A stretch of 47,369 nt of DNA. Origin: Parcubacteria group bacterium GW2011_GWC1_45_13. Lineage in GTDB: Bacteria > Patescibacteriota > Minisyncoccia > UBA11713 > 2-01-FULL-45-33. The notes below the pieces were generated by a model, which saw only the letters and a program-made list of their open reading frames with translations, made no database searches and was not told the DNA's origin. The DNA is taken from the NCBI GenBank assembly GCA_001001285.1, contig LCKG01000006.1:1-47369 (forward strand), read 5' to 3'. A program made the position numbers and the translations under genes. Below, one piece after another: positions 43,793-47,369 of this stretch (positions are counted from its first letter, which is position 1; each line of letters opens with the position of its first letter).

Positions 43793-44110
43793 GGTTTACC
43801 TAGTCATACGGGTAGTCATTCGCCCTATCTCCGTATGACTACGGTTTACCCCTTCACGCACCCCTTCACTCGCTCGGTGCTGGGTTGAAGGGGTACGCCG
43901 CCTCAATCTCCCCGCCAATGCTTGTCTTTTTGCTCTCGCACCCCAATATTCCCAAGTCCGACTTCACTCCGCTACGCCCCCATTCCACGCTTGTGCTGTT
44001 TCCCACAATATCCGCCTTCGGCGGATTGGCTCGCCGCCCTGCTGGTCGGCTCGCTGAACGCGCCGGAATTCCTCCCCCCACAAAATTTATAGCTCGAGGC
44101 CACATGGCCG
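43793..44110. other. GC-rich, ORF-poor, repeat- and hairpin-dense segment (candidate structured RNA or relic mobile-element end)
   Basis: Direct GGTTTACC repeats (43793-43800, 43843-43850) bracket the 11-bp hairpin TAGTCATACGG/CCGTATGACTA (43801-43811 / 43831-43841). Tandem CCCCTTCAC (43849-43857, 43861-43869) pairs with TTGAAGGGG (43885-43893). A CCGCC-TTC-GGCGG hairpin lies at 44012-44024. Both strands are open (compositional), with no start context. Confidence 0.5.
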
Positions 44111-44117
44111 AGAGACA

Positions 44118-44450
44118 TTATTGATTTTTTAAATATTTCTTAATTCGTTCGCGGTCTTCATTTTCCTTGTCGCCTTTATAATATAACTCGATAAATTCAA
44201 TCTGTTGATTTTGTTTGAAGTAAGCATAGATAATCCGCAAAGATGTTCCTTTCAAGTATCTACAAAATAACCGTGCTTTAATAATATGCAAAACCTCGGT
44301 TTGCATTATGACATTAAAATGTTTGCTGTTTCCAAGCGGAACAGCAGAAACTACATTCCGAAATTCTTGCAGATCGTTTAAGAGTGATTTGTATTTTTTA
44401 CCAAGCCACTTGAGTTCTTTTTGAAATTCCGGCAGTTCATTAAAGTTCAT
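44118..44450 (-). CDS. RelE/ParE-superfamily-like small toxin
   Basis: 110 aa. ...GTSLRIIYAYFKQNQQIEFIELYYKGDKENED resembles the C-terminal beta-strands of RelE/ParE/Gp49-type toxins. Overlaps the upstream antitoxin-like gene by 11 nt. Confidence 0.55.
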   Translation of the reverse strand: MNFNELPEFQKELKWLGKKYKSLLNDLQEFRNVVSAVPLGNSKHFNVIMQTEVLHIIKARLFCRYLKGTSLRIIYAYFKQNQQIEFIELYYKGDKENEDRERIKKYLKNQ

Positions 44451-45207
44451 CGCTATAGTTTCTTACGGAGTATCTTTCATCGCGGTAAAAGACGCTCTCA
44501 TAAGAAAGCGGCTGCCCTTCTGTTGCGGATTTCCACGGAATATCCTCGTGCGAGTAATTTTCTATCTCCGCGGCGTTCTTGTCTGAAAGGCGAGCCAACA
44601 CATCATCAATGTGGTCAATTTCGCGTGCCGAAAGTATATCGAGATTTGGACGCTTTCGCGGGAGATATTTTTTCTGGCTGTATTTGAAATACTGACTTTT
44701 TACAGCTTCCAACTCTCCTTGTTCTTGCATATCCTTAACGATCGCACCAAGCTCAATTGAAGTAGGACCATGGTGGTTCTTAATATATGTCGCTCCCATC
44801 AAGTTTTCTTCGAACTTCTCGTAATAATCAAAATCAATGAAGTAGAGTAACTTGTGCAATACCGTCTCGCCAACATTTGGTTTACTGCCTACCTTGCCTA
44901 GGACATACAGTAATACCTGTTTGAATTTATCAAGATTTTTTTCTGTAACACGAATTTGCAAGTCGTCTGATTTTTTTGCGGACTCCTTTTCAATAGTTAC
45001 ATTGTGTTTTGGCTCCTTCCCCTCTAAAAACTTCTCAAAAGGGATATCAAAAACCTCTGCCAGTTTTTTGGCTTCGGTAATCGTTAAGTCGCGCTCACCT
45101 TGTTCAATCTGCATATAGGTTGGGCGGGAAATTTTGAGCGCGGATGCTAAAAATTCCTGCGGCAGATTACGCTTTTTACGTTGTTCTTGAATGAATTTAG
45201 CAAGCAT
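44440..45207 (-). CDS. XRE-family HTH fused to Panacea (DUF4065/SocA-like) antitoxin domain
   Basis: N-terminus RKKRNLPQEFLASALKISRPTYMQIEQGERDLTITEAKKLAEVF (HTH_3). C-terminal part LHKLLYFIDFDYYEKFEENLMGATYIKNHHGPTS...DVLARLSDKNAAEIENYSHED fits the DUF4065 pattern. Confidence 0.78.
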   Translation of the reverse strand: MLAKFIQEQRKKRNLPQEFLASALKISRPTYMQIEQGERDLTITEAKKLAEVFDIPFEKFLEGKEPKHNVTIEKESAKKSDDLQIRVTEKNLDKFKQVLLYVLGKVGSKPNVGETVLHKLLYFIDFDYYEKFEENLMGATYIKNHHGPTSIELGAIVKDMQEQGELEAVKSQYFKYSQKKYLPRKRPNLDILSAREIDHIDDVLARLSDKNAAEIENYSHEDIPWKSATEGQPLSYESVFYRDERYSVRNYSDEL

Positions 45208-45211
45208 GATT

Positions 45212-45682
45212 TTAAGTTGATGATTCGCTAATTTTTCCGACTTTTTTTTCTAATCGCTGGATCATATCCCAAACCAAACTGTCATATTCTTTGTAGATGC
45301 GTAGAACCTTGCTCTCAACCACTTCGGTATCTTCTGATAATAAATTATGGATATATTCATTCCGCTTCGCTTTAAATTGCTCAAGCTTTTTGAATTTCTC
45401 TGTATCAATTACTCCAAGTAAATAAAGGTCATTAATCGCGTTATCGTAGCCATACCACTTATTTCTTTTTCCCTTTAATGCACTTAAGTTAGCTTTACCA
45501 TCCAATAGCTTTAGTCCATAACTCACAAGCACTCCTTCCAGCAAAGCTGTCTGCAGTAGGAACGCTTCAATGTGTCTTGTTTCCTTTCCTTTTCTTCGTC
45601 TTGTCCGGCTGTGCGCCCCTGCCCGAATATAAAGACGTTTGATGTCCTCTATGCTCGCTGAAGTTTTTGACCTCGCGGACAT
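45212..45682 (-). CDS. HEPN-like protein (R-x4-H motif), hypothetical
   Basis: 156 aa, helical-looking, with KRNEYIHN (R-N-x3-H) as in HEPN RNase active sites. There are 3-nt and 4-nt gaps to the neighbouring genes. Confidence 0.45.
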   Translation of the reverse strand: MSARSKTSASIEDIKRLYIRAGAHSRTRRRKGKETRHIEAFLLQTALLEGVLVSYGLKLLDGKANLSALKGKRNKWYGYDNAINDLYLLGVIDTEKFKKLEQFKAKRNEYIHNLLSEDTEVVESKVLRIYKEYDSLVWDMIQRLEKKVGKISESST

Positions 45683-45685
45683 AGT

Positions 45686-45973
45686 TTATTTATCTTTGTT
45701 CTTTGGCGGTTTGTACTCGCGGATTTCTCTACGCTCAAGGCTTTCAGCAGCTTCTTTGCTCGGTGTTGTCTTATACTGAAACCGCGTGCCTCCTTCAAAC
45801 TCGCCTTTGTGCTCCGCAATCCGGTCATCTAAGCGGCCGCCTTTTGCCTTGCCGATGTAAAGAACATCTCCCTCGGCGTTTTTAATGCGATACACGCCCG
45901 GCTTATCGCCCGGAACCTTTTCAATGTTTCCCTTCGTGATCGTTCTCACGGGGCTAAATTTCTTCATGGCCAT
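45686..45973 (-). CDS. stand-alone GIY-YIG nuclease domain protein
   Basis: GVYRIKNAEGDVLYIGKA (GIY-10 aa-YIG), the following Arg (RLDDRIAEH), and SLERREIREYKPPKN (Glu/Asn region). Confidence 0.75.
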   Translation of the reverse strand: MAMKKFSPVRTITKGNIEKVPGDKPGVYRIKNAEGDVLYIGKAKGGRLDDRIAEHKGEFEGGTRFQYKTTPSKEAAESLERREIREYKPPKNKDK

Positions 45974-46130
45974 AGTGGTTGAAAAAAATTATGGTTAATT
46001 AATACGACTATACTGTCAGTATGGGGGATGCAGGATTCCTTGTCAAGTGGTATGTAAAGAAGTTATACATGGTTAAAACAGCCTCCTTATGTGTCCAATC
46101 CAAACGGGTGAGCCGGAAGGAGGAGATCCG

Positions 46131-47117
46131 CTATGAGAAAAAGTCAACAACTTTCTCCTGTGGATAGCGATATTCGGTTTTGTGTCCCATCATCATCCAT
46201 ACCACATTGACCAGCTGACGACGCAGGCAGACCAGAGCCTGCGCTTTTGTTTTGCCTTCGGATATCTTTCTCTTGAAATACACTCTGGCAGCGTCATTGC
46301 CCGACCTTGAGATTTGCGATAATGCCATTCGGTGAAAGGAACGATTGAGTCGTCGGTTGCCCGACTTTGTTTTTCTCCAGCGTATGGTCTTGCCCGAGGA
46401 GTGTTCCCTCGGAGCGCAGCCGGCATACTTAGCCAATGCTCCCGGAGAATGAAAACGAGCAATATCTCCAATCTCACCGATCATCTCGGCGGCGATGACC
46501 GTGCCGCAGCCGGAAGCGGTTGAGAGTGTTTGCTTGTTTTCTTTCATCATTGTTTCAAGTTCTTCTTCAATCTCTTGGATTTCTTCCCGCAGATCAAGGA
46601 TGCGGCGCAAAGCTCGTTTCGTTCGTTGCGCGAGTATCGCGTCAGTATTTTTTGGAATTGAGCGCGACCAATAGCGTAAGGCTTTCTTGGAGAACGGGTC
46701 TTTGAACTTGGCGCGATAGCCGGTGTTGTGGATCCGATGGAGCAGGATGTGGAGCTGATTCTTGAGCCGTGAACGTTCTTTGACCAGCCACTCTCTTTCC
46801 AGTGATAACTCTCGTATTTGCTTGGCTTCTTGGGCCTCTTCGGTTAATGTATAGACAGGTAGCGTGTCAATCTTTTGGATCATGACTTCTGCTACCCCTT
46901 GCGCATCCAGAGAATCCAGCCCGAAAGAAGGAACGAGTCCTGATTTTTCTGCCTCGACCTTTGTTTTTTCAACCAAGGAGATGAAATCCTCGGCTTCATT
47001 GCCGATGGTCATCTCAAATATCTTTTTCCCGAACGGCGAGAGCGCTACCGCCGTATGGGTATCTTTGTGAACATCCACGCCCACAAAGAGGGTTTGCGAA
47101 CGATGTATCGTTTGCAT
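46131..47117 (-). CDS. IS110-family transposase (DEDD RuvC-like N-domain + C-terminal IS116/IS110/IS902 domain)
   Basis: MQTIHRSQTLFVGVDVHKDTHTAVAL N-terminus from the internal ATG at 47117. C-terminal GCGTVIAAEMIGEIGDIARFHSPGALAKYAGCAPREHSSGKT motif. The track's TTG start at 47297 adds 60 atypical residues. Confidence 0.9.
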   Translation of the reverse strand: MQTIHRSQTLFVGVDVHKDTHTAVALSPFGKKIFEMTIGNEAEDFISLVEKTKVEAEKSGLVPSFGLDSLDAQGVAEVMIQKIDTLPVYTLTEEAQEAKQIRELSLEREWLVKERSRLKNQLHILLHRIHNTGYRAKFKDPFSKKALRYWSRSIPKNTDAILAQRTKRALRRILDLREEIQEIEEELETMMKENKQTLSTASGCGTVIAAEMIGEIGDIARFHSPGALAKYAGCAPREHSSGKTIRWRKTKSGNRRLNRSFHRMALSQISRSGNDAARVYFKRKISEGKTKAQALVCLRRQLVNVVWMMMGHKTEYRYPQEKVVDFFS

Positions 47118-47369
47118 AGATTTTGTTATGATTAGTTTACCTTCCCGCTGTCCGACGAAACAGCAGGCGTGCTTGAGCAGAAATCCCAGTATGCGAGAGT
47201 CATTCCCCGAAAGGGCGACCAATCCGCTATTTGTGCATTGCTCGTGCACAGAGGCGGAGCGGAACAATCCCCTATGGGTCTTTCCCAGCCCTTTCAAAGA
47301 AAGGGCTGGACGACAGGGTCAGGGTAAGTAATGCCGCTTCGCTTCTCTACACTCTACCGGAAAACAAAA
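47118..47369 (-). ncRNA. candidate IS110 bridge-RNA-type non-coding region (5' of the transposase)
   Basis: Dense hairpins read on the minus strand: CCAGCCCTTTC-ttt-GAAAGGGCTGG (47286-47310), TGTGCA-n7-TGCACA (47232-47250), and CCTGCTG-n10-CAGCGGG (47144-47167). The position matches where IS110-group elements encode their guide RNA. Confidence 0.35.

Larger units (their letters stand above)
46000..47369 (-). mobile_element. IS110-family insertion sequence, partial (upstream end runs off the window; downstream boundary approximate)
   Basis: Transposase plus more than 250 nt of structured non-coding sequence 5' of it. Element ends cannot be defined from a single copy. Confidence 0.6.

Noticed and set aside
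43790-44095. Possible RNase P RNA on the minus strand (GGAGGAAUUCCGG, GGUAAAC, CGGAG, AUAGGG and GAAUGACU resemble fragments of the bacterial consensus)
   Set aside because: The universally conserved GGAAAGUCCGG P4 5' strand is not intact. No ACAGAAnCCGGCUUA P4 3' strand follows, and the GGAATTCC segment is simply a palindrome. The similarities are short and not collinear enough. A covariance-model scan would settle it.
43866-44124. Two overlapping 79-aa ORFs on opposite strands (43866-44105 minus, 43885-44124 plus)
   Set aside because: Both strands are open only because of locally high GC. There is no SD or promoter context, and the Pro/Arg/Gly/Ala-rich translations are typical of non-coding GC-rich DNA.
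47118-47297. TTG-initiated 60-aa extension of the IS110 transposase
   Set aside because: IS110 transposases begin close to the (V)G(V/I)D motif, which here follows the ATG at 47117 by about 12 residues. The extension is Cys/Gly/Arg-rich and covers strong hairpins, so it is more likely non-coding.
1-47369. CRISPR arrays, rRNA genes, additional tRNAs, prophage structural genes
   Set aside because: I scanned intergenic regions for regularly spaced direct repeats and for rRNA or tRNA signatures. Only the single tRNA-Arg was found, and no spacer-repeat periodicity was seen.

Overview
This window looks like the replication-origin neighbourhood of a compact, moderately AT-rich bacterial chromosome. 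Gene content and protein style suggest Patescibacteria/CPR, but that is inference only. All calls come from reading motifs in the supplied ORF translations and the DNA; no searches were run.

Core genes:
- The minus-strand operon rpmH-rnpA-yidC-jag faces dnaA-dnaN on the plus strand.
- Around them are a class A PBP, tyrS, ruvC, hicAB, a large secreted LamG/FN3/PG-binding protein, yebC, ruvB, pilB and tsaE.
- Also present are a two-ORF DNA polymerase I, holA, rpsT, uvrB, a TrpR-like regulator, ruvA, a MurE-like ligase, a SIMPL protein, a TrmH methyltransferase, DoxX and two RNase H-like proteins.
- A two-component module (Cache-PAS histidine kinase plus a double-receiver regulator) is embedded among four orphan periplasmic-binding-protein genes and a decayed kinase-less sensor paralog.

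Accessory segment (after tRNA-Arg(CCG) at 42667-42740):
- A membrane protein, then about 540 nt without credible ORFs that includes a GC-rich, hairpin- and repeat-dense stretch.
- A tightly packed four-gene minus-strand cassette at 44118-45973: GIY-YIG nuclease, HEPN-like R-x4-H protein, XRE-HTH/Panacea (DUF4065) antitoxin-like protein and a RelE/ParE-like toxin.
- An IS110-family element with a structured upstream end (candidate bridge-RNA locus) that runs off the window.

The four-gene cassette is my best candidate for an undescribed toxin-antitoxin or defence-type system.

Other items worth follow-up:
- a candidate about 155-nt structured RNA between pilB and ruvB
- duplicated 24-28 bp palindromic operators flanking the TrpR-like gene
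- a (GA)5 tract that separates the large surface protein from its ATG and signal peptide
- matched DnaA-box modules on both sides of dnaA
- apparently widespread leaderless gene starts
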